From Malacoraja senta (lineage: Eukaryota), in the NCBI GenBank assembly GCA_038087875.1, contig CM075988.1:26476001-26540000 (forward strand): a stretch of DNA of 64,000 bases, given 5' to 3'. The notes under the pieces are model-generated. The model searched no databases and was not told the origin of the DNA. It worked only from the letters and a program-made list of their open reading frames with translations. The position numbers and the translations under genes were made by a program. Position 1 is the first letter of the stretch, and every line of letters begins with the position of its first letter. This document shows, one piece after another, positions 51,501-63,197 of the stretch.

Positions 51501-54500
51501 AGAGCTATGTAAAATTAGAGAAGTCAATGTTGATACCGATGAGATGTAGACTACCCAAGCGAAATACCCAAGCTTGTCTCTTCACTACATTTACAGCTGG
51601 CTCCAGTTGCAAATCTGAGTTTGAGTGATTTGTGCAAGGCATTCATTGATGCTGGAATTCAACTGTGGAAATTGGAAAACAAATCTCTCAGAGTTTTTTT
51701 AGAGAAATAGACAGAGGAACATATACCAAGCGAGTCATCATTACGGAAACATTATGTTGAGAGCAACTTCAACATTGTTGTGCATAAAATTAGAGATGAA
51801 GTTGCATGCAACAAAATATGGATCTCAATAGGTGAGACAACCGATGCTGTGTGGAGATATGTTGCCAATGTGGTCATCGGTACACTGGAAGCAGGTCAAC
51901 CATCAAAGGAGTATTTGTTGACATCGGAAGTATTGGATAAGTCAAGCAGCTCAACTATTGCTCAGTTGTTTACATCTTCACTTGCTGTACTTTGGCCAGA
52001 AGGTATAAAACACGAGAATATTCTTCTGTTTGTGACTTAAAGTTTTATTCCCCAAAATGTTGCATTAGCTTAGCTCAAGGACTTCATAGAATTGCCAAGC
52101 ACATACATAGCTTGTTTCCAAATGTTAAACGCCTAGTTTCCAATGTTAAGAAAATCCTCAGAGTACCGTCACGTGTGCAGTTGTTCAAGGAAATGGCACA
52201 CGAGATTCCGCTACCTCCTCAGCCCGTTTTGACTAGGTGGGGTACATGGCTCTCTGCTGTACTCTACTATGCTGAAAATTTGGAAAGATAAAAGAAATCG
52301 TCAACTGTTTTGGAGAAGAAGAATCTGCTGCAGTCAGGATCGTCAGTGAAATCATGCAGAAATAGTCCCTCCACCGCGATCTTGTGTTTATTGATTCCAA
52401 TTTTGCAAACTTCCCACAAGCTTTCACTTCCCTTGAGAAACGTGGTGAAACATTAGTGAATAACTTGCAGGTTTTCAACAAAGTAACTGACAATATTCAT
52501 AAAGTTCTTGGCGATGTAGGTAAAGACATACAAGGAAAATGTGAGAGCTAACAAAGATCTTGAAGAAATACAAAACATAGCTAAAGTTCTCAAAGGTAGT
52601 TGTAATACACAAGATATCAACATGAATATAGAGTCAATAGCTTGTTTCGAGTATGCACCAGTGACCTCAGCTGGGGTAGAAAGAAGATTTTCACAACTGA
52701 AGCATACTCTGTCTGACAGACGGCATAGATTAACACCAGATAATTTGAAAAAAATATGCTCGTAATTTTGTGCAATCAGACAACTTCGGTCATTTAATGA
52801 AATAGACCTTCATAATTATTATTTTTAACCATATTTTGGTGGTGGAAATAAATGCCTTTTTATGCCTTTTTGTCATAAATGCCTTTTTGTGCCTTTTTTG
52901 TAATTTTATTATGCCTTTTTGCCTGCTTATTTCATGTTTTTTTAGTGCCTAAACATCCTGGCTCTAGCGATCAGTGACTCAGTTTAGTTTAGTTTAGAGA
53001 TACAGAACGGAAACAGGCCCTTTTGGCCCTCCGAGTCCGCGCCAACTAGCGTTCCCCACACATTAACACCATCCTACACACATTAGGAACAATTTACACT
53101 TATACCAAGCCAATTAACCTACAAACCTGTACGTCTTTGGAGTATGGGAGGAAACTGAAGATCTCAGAGAAATCCCACGCAGTTATGTAGAGAACGTACA
53201 AACTCTGTAGTCAGGATCAAACCCGGGTCTCTGGCGCTGTGAGGCAGCAACTCTACTGCTGTGCCACTGTGCTGCCCAGTTGACTGAAATAAATCCCAAT
53301 GAAAGATATATTGGCCAGCATTCATTCCTCAGTAAGTACTCCAGCATTTAGTGTCTATCTTCGTTTTAAACCAGCATCTGCAGTTCCTTCTTACACAATT
53401 CAACCTAATAATCCTCCTGAATACTCCCATGGGCCACTGCTTTTCTCTGGTTTATTAAATAGTGGATTTTTGGATGATGAATTAAAAAGATTCTAAATGG
53501 TCTTCAATTGTCATCTTGGGATAATCATTGGTGAAGCAACCTTTATCAGGCCAAACTGAGAGTAAGTATAAAAGCACATTTTCCTCATGGTACACTTTGC
53601 CATTGATGACCCAATGTGTAGCGTTTATGTGCTTCATTCAAACACCTTCCTAGTGATACATAGATACATAGATACATAGAAAATAGGTGCAGGAGTAGGC
53701 CATTCGGCCCTTCGAGCCTGCACCGCCATTCAATATGATCATGGCTGATCATCCAACTCAGTATCCCGTACCTGCCTTCCCTCCATACCCCCTGATCCCC
53801 TTAGCCACAAGGGCCACATCTAACTCCCTCTTAAATATAGCCAATGAACTGGCCTCAACTACCCTCTGTGGCAGAGAGTTCCAGAGATTCACCACTCTCT
53901 GTGTGAAAAAGTATTTCCTCATCTCGGTCTTAAAGGATTTCCCCCTTATCCTTAAGCTGTGACCCCTTGTCCTGGACTTCCCCAACATCGGGAACAATCT
54001 TCCTGCATCTAGCCTGTCCAACCCCATAAGAATTTTGTACGTTTCTATAAGATCCCCTCTCAATCTCCTAAATTCTAGCGAGTATAAGCCAAGTCTATCC
54101 AGTCTTTCTTCATATGAAAGTCCTGACATCCCAGGAATCAGTCTGGTGAACCTTCTCTGCACTCCCTCTATGGCTATAATGTCCTTCCTCAGATTTGGAG
54201 ACCAAAACTGTACGCAATACTCCAGGTGTGGTCTCACCAAGACCCTGTACAACTGCAGTAGAACCTCCCTGCTCCTATACTCAAATCCTCTTGCTATGAA
54301 GGCCAACATACCATTCGCTTTCTTCACTGCCTGCTGCACCTGCATGCCTACTTTCAATGACTGGTGTACCATGACACCCAGGTCTCGCTGCATCTCCCCA
54401 TTTCCTAATCGGCCACCATTTAGATAATAGTCTGCCTTCCCGTTTTTGCCACCAAAGTGGATAACCTCACATTTATCCACATTATACTGCATCTGCCAAA

Positions 54501-55614
54501 CATTTGCCCACTCACCCAGCCTATCCAAGTCACCTTGCAGTCTCCTAGCATCCTCCTCACAGCTAACACTGCCCCCCAGCTTAGTGTCATCCGCAAACTT
54601 GGAGATGTTGCTTTCAATTCCCTCGTCCAGATCATTAATATAAATTGTAAATAGCTGGGGTCCCAGCACAGAGCCTTGCGGTACCCCACTAGTCACTGCC
54701 TGCCATTGTGAAAAGGACCCGTTTACTCCTACTCTTTGCTTCCTGTTTGCCAGCCTGTTCTCTATCCACATCAATACTGAACCCCCAATACCGTGTGATT
54801 TAAGTTGGTATCCTAATCTCTTATGTGGTACCTTGTCGAAAGCCTTGTCGATCCTTCAATGCCAAGTCAGGATGTTCAATTATACAATTATTAAATATCC
54901 ATTTCCTTTTCAATCTACTTCATAACAAATAGAGTCATAGCCAAACAGCACAACTAAGGCTCCTCCATTCCAATAAGACCTTTAGTGATTCCTCTGTTCA
55001 TCACTGCTAACAGATTTCCGATCACATAAACTTCTGCCATTCTTCATTCAGTGGGACCTTGTCAAAGATCAACAGAGCCCCAGATAACCTACATTAACAA
55101 CACGGGCCCATCAATACATTGTGTTCCCACATCAAAAAACTCAATGAAATTGATCGGACAAAGTCCACTCCTGACAAAGTCACGCTCAAGGGTCCCGACT
55201 GGAAACGTCACCTATCCACATTCTCCAGAGATGCTGCCTGACCCGCTGAGTTACTCCAGCACTCTGTGAAACGTCACCTATCCATGTTCTCTTAGATGCC
55301 GTTACTGTTAGATGCCGTTTCTGGGCCTACTAATGCCGTACCTCAGAATGTTTTCCAATAGCTTTTCTTTTCACTGACATTAGCCTCTCTGGCCTATAAT
55401 TCTCTGTCTAATCCGTGCCGTTCTGTTTGAATGAGGGTACCGTCCTCACTGTTCTTCCCCCACCTGGCACCTACGACCGGCACGGGTTCAACAATCTCAT
55501 AAATAAATATACAAGATTTAAAAGAATAAATAAAGTGAATAAAACTTAATAAATCTTACCTTCTGTAAGGCACCAGAAGAAAATGATTACCACCAGGAAG
55601 TTCTTGCACATCAT
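42377..55614 (-). CDS. Single V-set Ig-domain type I membrane receptor with ITIM/ITSM tail (exons 55614-55560, 50786-50629, 49028-48833, 46948-46893 or -46883, optional 46726-46705, 46161-46026, 44341-44302, 42514-42377)
   Basis: All exons have AG/GT boundaries and compatible phases, giving signal peptide, V domain (C...LDIEW...GDASL...DSGIYYC), stalk, TM, and tail with ITYSTI and TVYSEL. Confidence 0.78.
42710..43093 (-). mobile_element. CR1 LINE 3' end
   Basis: Near-identical to the 3' part of 53658-54845; (ATAGAAAC)n tail. Confidence 0.85.
43675..43955 (-). repeat. Rex1-type LINE 3' tail with (TA)/(CA) microsatellite
   Basis: Matches the 3' tail at 2690-2830 in reverse orientation. Confidence 0.6.
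44302..44341 (-). CDS. Ig receptor cytoplasmic exon
   Basis: ttttctag acceptor (phase 2), [19 protein letters not shown] donor (phase 0). Confidence 0.7.
46026..46161 (-). CDS. Ig receptor transmembrane exon
   Basis: [45 protein letters not shown]; hydrophobic helix followed by basic residues; ttgcag / AG|GTAAAC. Confidence 0.82.
46705..46726 (-). CDS. Candidate 22-nt micro-exon (EAWFPIQ)
   Basis: gttttgcag|...AAG|GTAAGG; restores frame only after the phase-0 stalk donor. Confidence 0.45.
46883..46948 (-). CDS. Ig receptor stalk exon with two alternative donors
   Basis: tattctcag acceptor; [19 protein letters not shown](VSL); donors GTGAGT (phase 0) and GTAAGG (phase 1); NST and NSS sequons. 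Confidence 0.55.
47795..48142. repeat. Penelope-derived 66-nt units: three tandem plus one inverted
   Basis: gtgctggagtaactcagcgggtcaggcagcatctctggagaacatggataggtgacgtttcacaga units. Confidence 0.85.
48481..48790 (+). mobile_element. tRNA-derived SINE
   Basis: A/B-box head and (CTAAA)n tail; ends ~40 nt from the exon 3 donor of the Ig gene. Confidence 0.75.
48833..49028 (-). CDS. Ig receptor exon 3, second half of V domain
   Basis: [10 protein letters not shown]...[23 protein letters not shown]...WSLTVQ; DxGxYxC motif; G|GTAGGT donor. Confidence 0.87.
49030..49148 (+). mobile_element. CR1 3' fragment abutting the Ig gene exon 3 acceptor
   Basis: tgtcagaggttatgggaggaaggcaggagaatgggg... matches other CR1 tails in the window (e.g. 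42050-42168). Confidence 0.7.
49649..49940 (+). mobile_element. tRNA-derived SINE
   Basis: GGGCGGCACGGTGGCGCAG head, GGTTCAATCC B box, aaactaaac tail. Confidence 0.8.
49959..50050. repeat. 15-bp tandem repeat (~6 copies)
   Basis: gttg(t/g)acagatgtgc units. Confidence 0.85.
50629..50786 (-). CDS. Ig receptor exon 2, first half of V domain
   Basis: [53 protein letters not shown]-strand Cys and C-strand Trp; ctag acceptor, GTAAAT donor. Confidence 0.85.
50961..52966 (+). mobile_element. hAT transposon with decayed transposase and nested Penelope fragment (~51285-51570)
   Basis: TIRs TAGAGCCAGGAT / ATCCTGGCTCTA; 8-bp TSD g(t/c)gatcag; [20 protein letters not shown] and [13 protein letters not shown] (hAT dimerisation-like). 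Confidence 0.87.
52981..53277 (-). mobile_element. tRNA-derived SINE
   Basis: Same family as 49649-49940, reverse orientation. Confidence 0.8.
53658..54845 (-). mobile_element. Young 5'-truncated CR1 LINE, uninterrupted 338-aa RT C-terminal frame
   Basis: ORF 53758-54774 with [10 protein letters not shown] and KFADDT; intact 3' tail. Confidence 0.93.
55560..55614 (-). CDS. Ig receptor exon 1, signal peptide
   Basis: [18 protein letters not shown] then G|GTAAGA phase-1 donor. Confidence 0.75.
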
Positions 55615-56716
55615 GTCTTATTTCAAACACTTAATCTTTGTTTTAATGTGTCGCTAATTTTTGCTGATTATAAAAGATTGTTGATTTCCACACTGACAAC
55701 GTGAGGCAACTGTACCAGGTTATGCTCAATGTCACAGTGGTTGCATTGCTGAGATACGATGATACCAGCTCAGAGACAGTCACACAGATAATCACATCCT
55801 TGTGGTTACGGATATGCATCACTCTGATATCTGTCAGAACTGATGGTTCCTGTGATTATATCACAGTGACAGTCAAGAGAGGAACCAATTTCATCCATTT
55901 TGCACATGACACTTCATGATTCAGATATCTAAAGAGAACTTTCCTCAAAGTTCTAGAAATCCTCTCTTCAACTGGTTATTCAGTTGCATCCTGAATGCTG
56001 TGTGCTTTCACCACCCTTCACCATATACATTGTGGCAAGTCATCATTTAAACACAACTAAGCCAAGATATAGTTATCACTGTCACTGGGCCTACTAATGC
56101 CGTACTTCCTGAATACCTGTTCCTTCCAATTGTTGCAGGGACATCTGCTATTAGAGTTGATTGTAGGGGCTCACATTAGAATCTTTGAAATGTTACACTG
56201 AACTGCTCAATAATATCTTGCATCCAGTGTGTTGGTATAACTGACCTTTCACCTTTGACAAACCCGCTGACCTTCCAGATTAGGATCTTGACCTTTGGCC
56301 ATGTACAGTGCAGATGAACCCAGCAACTGACAGATGCTATACAAAGACACTCATCTTCAATGCCAATGACTCAGCAGGAATGATACAACCTGTGCACTAC
56401 CATTCTGCTCTTTACTTGACACGATAATAGAGAGACGTAGGCAAGAATGTACAGAGGAGTCATACAGCACAAAAACAGGCCCTTCAGCCCATCGAGTCCA
56501 CTCTGACCATCAGGCACCTCCTGAAAAGCGCTATATAAATAAAATCTATTATTATTATTATTACTTACACTGGTCTTACACCCATCCCGTTTTATTTTCC
56601 CACTTTCCCCAACAGCCCCCCAACAGATTCCACCACTGATCTGCATCCTACGGCCAATTTACGGTGACCAATTAACTCACAAATCTTTGGAATGTGGAAG
56701 AAATCTTTAACAAGTT

Positions 56717-57313
56717 TGAAGAAGGGTCCCAACCCAAAACGTCACCTATCCATGTTCTCCACAAATGCTGCCTGACCCGCTGAGTTACTCCAGCACTCTG
56801 TGAAACGTCACCTATCCATGTTCCCCACAGATGCTGCCTGATCCGCTGAGTTACTCCAGCACTCTGTGAAACGTCACCTGTCCATGTTCTCCACAGATGC
56901 TGCCTGACCCGCTGAGTTACTCCAGCACTCTGTGAAACATCACCTATCCATGTTCTCCAGAGATGCTGCCTGATCCGCTGAGTTACTCCAGCACTCTGTG
57001 AAACGTCACCTATCCATGTTCTCCACAGATGCTGCCTGACCCGCTGAGTTACTCCAGCACTCTGTGAAACGTCACCTATCCATGTTCCGGCAGCATCTAT
57101 GGAGCGAAGGAAATAGGCAACGTTTTGGCCCGAAACCCTTCCGGGTTTCGGCCCGAAACGTTGCCTATTTCCTTCAGGGTTTCGGCCCGAAAGGTTGCCC
57201 ATTTCCTTCGCTCCACAGATGCTGCCTGACCCGCTGAGTTACTCCAGCACTCTGTGAAACGTCACCTATCCATGTTCTCCAGAGATGCTGCCTGACCCGC
57301 TGAGTTACTCCAG
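56717..57313 (+). repeat. Tandem array of 66-nt Penelope-derived units with internal inverted hammerhead-stem segments
   Basis: Period 66 (56740, 56806, 56872...). Confidence 0.9.
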
Positions 57314-58199
57314 GACTTGTGTTTTTTTTTAAAATGAAACACACACTGTCACAGGGAGAAGGTGCAAACACCACCCAGACAGCACTCCCAGTGAAGGTTG
57401 TTCCTGGATCGCAGCAGCAATGAAGCAGTGTCTCTACTAACTGCACCACTGTCCTGAGCATGATTTAATCCCCCTTCAGTCTACAATGGACCCAGCCACG
57501 AGGCAAGGAAGGCCTCAGTTATGAGTTTCTTTTCCAACATCACATCTCACATTAGTCAGACAATGAAAAAATAATACATTATCTTTCTTAAAATAAATCG
57601 ATTTAAATTAATATTAATGTTTAATGCTAGCTAAGGGTTAAAGTGAGAGGGAGAATGTTTGAAGAAAATCTAAAGGGTACATTTTTCAGTCTTCAGTCCT
57701 TTCGCTTCTGGGCAAGGTCCTGACCCGAAACGTCACCTGTCCACTCCCTCTAACGATGCTGTTTTGGAAGGAACTGCAGATGTTGATTTAAACTGGAGAT
57801 CGACACAAAAAGCTGGAGTAACTCAGCGGGTCAGACAACATCTCTGGAGAAAAGGAATAGGTAACATTTTGGGTCGAGACCCTTCCCCAAACTCAGTACC
57901 ATCTAAGTCAGAGTCCGGGGAAAGGTCTCGACCCGAAACGCCACCTGTCCACTCCCTCTAACGATGCTGTCTGTCCCGTAGAGTTACTCCAGCACTTTTA
58001 TTTAAAGTTCATGAGGAAGATTTTTTGCAGCAGCTTTTGGCGAGCCACTTTATCAATGTTGTATGTGGTTACAACAAAGAAAGAAAGGAGCAGACAGAAT
58101 TTCCGATATTTGAAAATCACTGAATCAGCAGCATGTAATTCCCCAGAGATTGTGGGTGTAGTTCTCAGACAGGATGGTCGACTCAGCCACCAGTTTGTA

Positions 58200-59018
58200 G
58201 TTCAAGTTGAAGTTTACATTTATTGTCACAGGCACCAATTGGTACAGCGAGATTTGAATTGCCATACAGCCATACAAATAAAAAGAACACAATGCTCGAT
58301 AGAATTTAACATGAACATCCCCACACAGCGGAATCATTGTTTCCCACTGTGAGGGAAGGCAATAAAAGTTCAGTCCACTTCCTCTATGTTCACCCGTGGT
58401 TGGGGCCTATTGAGGCCTCCGCAGTCATCGCTACGGTGGCCCGATGTTTCAGGCCCTCTCGCTGGACGATGGAACTCAGCGGCTTGGAGATCCGAATTGG
58501 CCGCTTCGTACCGGAGACCGCGGCTCCCGAAGTCCACAGGCCGATCTGGGCGGAGCTCCACACGGCAATCTTCAGCGAAAGATCCCAGGGCCCCGCGTTG
58601 TTAAAGTCAGCGCCAACCGCGGTTGGAAGCTTCACAGACTACAGCTCCACGATGTTCAGGTCGGCAATCCCAGCACTCCGGAGCTCCAACACAGCAACCC
58701 TAGTAAGGCAGCACCCCGCTCGCAATGGTTCTTCAGTGCTGCGCCGCTGCTGAAGCATTGGCCGGTCTCCAGCAGGAAAGGCCGCACCAATCCAGATGTA
58801 GGCCGCGAGGAGGGGGCGAAGATGCTGCCCGGAGAATAGACGCGTCCACGACCAGGTAGTGACTGAGAAAACTGTTTCCCCCTCCCCCCCCCCCCCATCC
58901 CCCACCCCCCACATAAAAATACTAAAAGACCTCCAAAACAAAACATTTTGCCAGACCATAAAAAAAAGAATGAAAGGAAAAACAGCTGCAGGCAAGGCTG
59001 CCATACTCAACGGCCCCT
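58200..59018 (-). mobile_element. Non-autonomous composite retroelement, copy 3
   Basis: Same 5' motif and 3' tail as 35878-36742. Confidence 0.6.
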
Positions 59019-59454
59019 TCTAATCACGGTACTGCAATTATTTTTTTTGCTGTAGCTTTAAGATAGTGGGTCGCAGTTGATCTTGGATGACTGGAGATGA
59101 GGATCACTGCGGGATGGAGATGCAGTGTGTGAACATTCACAGCGAGCGTGCGACTGAAACAGCATGCGTCCAACATTGTGACCCAGCCCAGCAGGATGCG
59201 TGTAGCCTGCAACCAGTGTCAAGCGCATGGTTTTATGCATTGGCGCAGAGACAGACAGAGAGAGACACAGCATCCCCACACCCACCACACTCGCTAACTC
59301 TCCCAGCCCATCCACATTCACACCACATTTCACAGTTTATATTGTGTCAACACTTTGCCAAGGAAGTTCACACACACACACCTCTTGCAACAGAAGATAG
59401 AACAACGCTAGCAGCAATGCTCAGGCAATCAGTACCAGTGTAACAGATCAGCAG

Positions 59455-60138
59455 GGTACACAAAAGTGCTGGAGAAACTCAGCGGGTGCAGCAGCATCTA
59501 TGGAGCGAAGGAAATAGGCAATGTTTCGGGCCGAAACCCTTCTTCAGACTGATAGGGGGTGGGGAGAAGAAAGGAAAAAAGGAAAAAAGGCGGAGGAGGT
59601 GCCCGAGGGCTGGGGGATGGGAGGAAACAACCAGAGGGCTGATGAAGGGGAGGGGACAGCAAGGGCTAGCAGAGTTGGGAGAATTCAATGTTCATGCCCC
59701 CAGGATGACGACTGCCCAAGCGGAATATGAGGTGCATTTCCTCCAATTTCCGGTGTTGCTCACTGTGGCCATGGAGGAGACCCAGGACAGAGAGGTCAGA
59801 TACGGAATGGGAGGGGGAGTTGAAGTGCTGAGCCACCGGGAGGTCAGGTTGGTTATTGTGGACCGACCGGAGGTGTTCGGCGAAACGATCGCCAAGCCTC
59901 CGCTTGGTCTCACCGATGTAGATCAACTGACATCTAGAGCAGCGGATGCAATAGATGAGGTTGGAGGTGATGCAGGTGAACCTCTGTCGCACCTGGAACG
60001 ACTGCTTAGGTCCTTGAATGGAGTCGAGGGGGGAGGTGAAGGGACAAGTGTTGCATCTCTTGCGGTTGCAAGGGAAGGTGCCCGGGGACGGGGTGGTACG
60101 GGAGGGAAGGGAAGATTTGACAAAGGAGTTACGGAGTA
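59455..60138 (-). mobile_element. Penelope-like element 3' fragment (GIY-YIG endonuclease + terminal repeat)
   Basis: FTCITSNLIYCIRCSRCQLIYIGETKRRLGDRFAEH...GGMN, followed by CTGAAGAAGGGTTTCGGCCCGAAAC. Confidence 0.9.
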
Positions 60139-60354
60139 ACAGATCAGCAGTCTGGAGTACAGTGTGCTAATGTCTAGGGCCAGCAGTGGAATGAGAATAT
60201 GACCATGAGTATTCCCTCGTTTTCCCTTCATTCTACCTGTTGTACCTGTTGAACCTGTGCATGGCTTGTACTCATGTATCCTATTATCCGATTTGATTGG
60301 TTGGCAGAAGACGACAAAGAAAAGGCTTTCATTGTATCTCGGTACACCTGACAA

Positions 60355-60698
60355 ACATAGACAATAGGTGCAGGAGTAGGCCATTCGGCCCTTCGAGCCA
60401 GAACCGCTATCCAATATGATCATGGCTGATCATCCACAATCAGTACCCCGTTCCTGCTTTCTCCCCATATTCCTTGATTCCGTTAGGCCAAAGAGCTAAA
60501 TCTAACTCTCTTGAAAACATCCAATGAATCGGCCTCCACTGCCTTCTGTGGCAGAGAATTCCACAGAATCACAACTCTCTGGGTGCACAACACTCATCTC
60601 AGTCCTAAACCCCTTGTTCTTAAACTGTGACGCCTGGTTCTGGACTCCCCCAACATCGGGAACATTTTTCCTGCATCTAGCGTGTCCGATCCCTTACA
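60355..60698 (-). mobile_element. CR1 LINE 3' end
   Basis: Matches 10455-10820. Confidence 0.78.
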
Positions 60699-63197
60699 AT
60701 AATAAACGATGTCCGTGTTGACTCCGCTCAGTGTTGTGGTGAGGGTTTCCCCACCCTCTGTGACTGTATGCCCCGTGACCCGGCCTCTCCTACTGATGTT
60801 GCCCCAACCTCCATCTGACCCCCACAACCTCCCACTCAACCACTGATGTCCACATCCATCAGAACATCAACACAAGCAGGAGGCGGCCATTCGGCCCATC
60901 ATGCCTACCTCACGCAGATAAAAGATCATGGCTGACCTTTTATCTGCGTTCCTTTCATGTAAAACCTACAACTCTCGATTCCATGAACAATCCAATCAAT
61001 CTGTGCCATCATCCCCAGCTGAACATCTCCAAAGATTCATCACTTCCTCAGTAAAACATTCCCCTGTCATCTCCTCCTCCAAATGGCCACCATCTAATGG
61101 TCGTACATGGGCAATACTCCCTCTCCTCAGTCCTGATGCAGGGACTTAACATGGAATATCGATTTACACTTTTGACCTCCACAGATGCTGCTTGACCCGC
61201 TGAGTCTTTCCAACGTGTTGTTTTGTGTTCCAGATGTGCAGTCACTATTGTCTTCCTAACACAAGCTTGTCTGCTCGTTGGGCTGCAGCCTTGCTCCTAG
61301 ATTCCCAGAGAAGGGCCTCACCAGGAGAACGCTGACCATTGCACTGCTGTGCCGAGCTGGGAACTCCTTCCTGGAAATACTTGAATTTATGACTGATTTT
61401 CTTGCCGTGAACATTGGTGAAATGCAAGATTTTCCCAACGGTTCTGATTGTGCTCCTTCTGTTGTCAAGGTCAGGGTATATATTTGAGGCAGTCCTCTTC
61501 ATATTTACTTTCCGTCATTATTTTTCAAATTCACATTCAGCTGTGAATTTTTTTTTAAAAGCAGGCAGATTACTTTCAAACGAACAGCATTCAGTCAGAA
61601 AATAGAGCGCCCAAGGCAAGTGTTACTCGTGATTCACAACTTTGTAACTATAGTGTTATTTTGTCAAACTTATTGTGCAATCAGTTGTTTTGTTCTGGTG
61701 CATGGTCGAGAAACGGCTGCAACGAAAAGGTCAACGAGATTATCTGTACAAAACCCAACGTGCTGCAGGTACTCAGCTTGTCAGGCAGCATCTGTGGAGG
61801 GAATGACTGATGATGTCAGGATACCTTCAGACTGTGTTTTGCTCAAGATTCCATCATCTGCAGTTGCTGGTGTCTCAAGACTATCAGTACATGCTCCCTC
61901 TCAACTACCTCCCACTAATCAGCACAAGGCAGGCGTTTATACCAAAGTTATAAAAATATATAAAAGTCACCCATCCTATTTCTCCAGAGATGCTGCCTGA
62001 CCCGCTGAGTTACTCCAGCACTTTGCATCTATCTATCTTTGGTATAAACCAGCATCTGCAGTTGTTTGTTTCTATGGACGGTTTCTAGTCAGACTGTTCC
62101 ATTGGCGCTGTATCACACCTCTGAGCAAGCACTTCCAACCCACGCAGAGAGTGCCACAAAAATAAAAACACTTTCCCTTGTTGTGACATTTAGAAAACTC
62201 TCCTGGGCCTGAAGTCGTAGATTCCAATCTTGCTGCCACGTGACATGGTGGTAGATTCACTGGAACTTGAGTATATCCATGGACAAAGACAGGGGAAGAC
62301 TCCTGTCCTTCATGCCTGCTTGATGCAAGGCCACACGTCGCCCCAACCTCTTTCTAACCTTTACAGCTGCACCATCCCATCAGAATGCATCACAACTCGG
62401 GTTTGGCAACTGCCCTGCCCCAGATGGCAAACGTCCTAGATGCAGCTCAGTTCATCATGCAACAGACTCCCCCATCAACTCCATCTACACTTCACGCTGC
62501 CTCAGGAAAGCAGCCGATATATAGAACCACTCCTACCTGGTCATTCTCTCTCCTCTCGCGTTGAAAGCACATACCACAAGCAGCTTCATTCTTGCAGTTA
62601 TCAGACTCTCGAATGCACCCCACCCACACACTGTAGGATGTATTCCCCATCCTCCAATCTGCCTCATGGCCACCCTTGCACTTGTTTTTATCTGCACTTT
62701 CTCTGCCGCTGTAACTCTGCACTCTGTTTATTTTCTATTTTGCACGATCTGATGTACTCACAGATAGTGTGGTCTAGAAACATAGAAACATAGACAATAG
62801 GTGCAGGAGTAGACCATTCGGCCCTTCGGGCTAGCACCGCCATTCAATATGATCATGGCTGATCATCCAAAATCAGTACCCCGTTCCTGCTTTCTCCCCA
62901 AATCCCTTGATTCTGTTAGCCTAAGAGCTGACAGGATAGCACACAAAACATATTATCTTGGTACGTTTGCAATATTAAACCAATATTATGTTCATTTTCA
63001 GACTATTCAGAGAGAAGATTTATTGCCATTATCGGAGGTCAATCAGGGACAGGCAATAAATACTGGCATGCCAGCAATATGTCTAAAACAACTCAGTAGC
63101 CTTCTACTACATCATTCTTTAAGTTTGTTTCTATTCAGTGTATTGAGGAATCCATTGCTTGTTGCCTTAAGGTGGTGGAACAGCTGCATCCATAGGA

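Noticed and set aside
42377..55614. Naming the receptor PDCD1, CXADR or MPZL1
   Set aside because: The split V exon argues against PD-1; no C2 domain or PDZ tail argues against CXADR; no specific similarity to MPZL1 recognised. No symbol assigned.
56717..57313. CRISPR-like appearance and 22-aa repeat ORF
   Set aside because: No unique spacers, eukaryotic context; plain tandem units of a retroelement fragment
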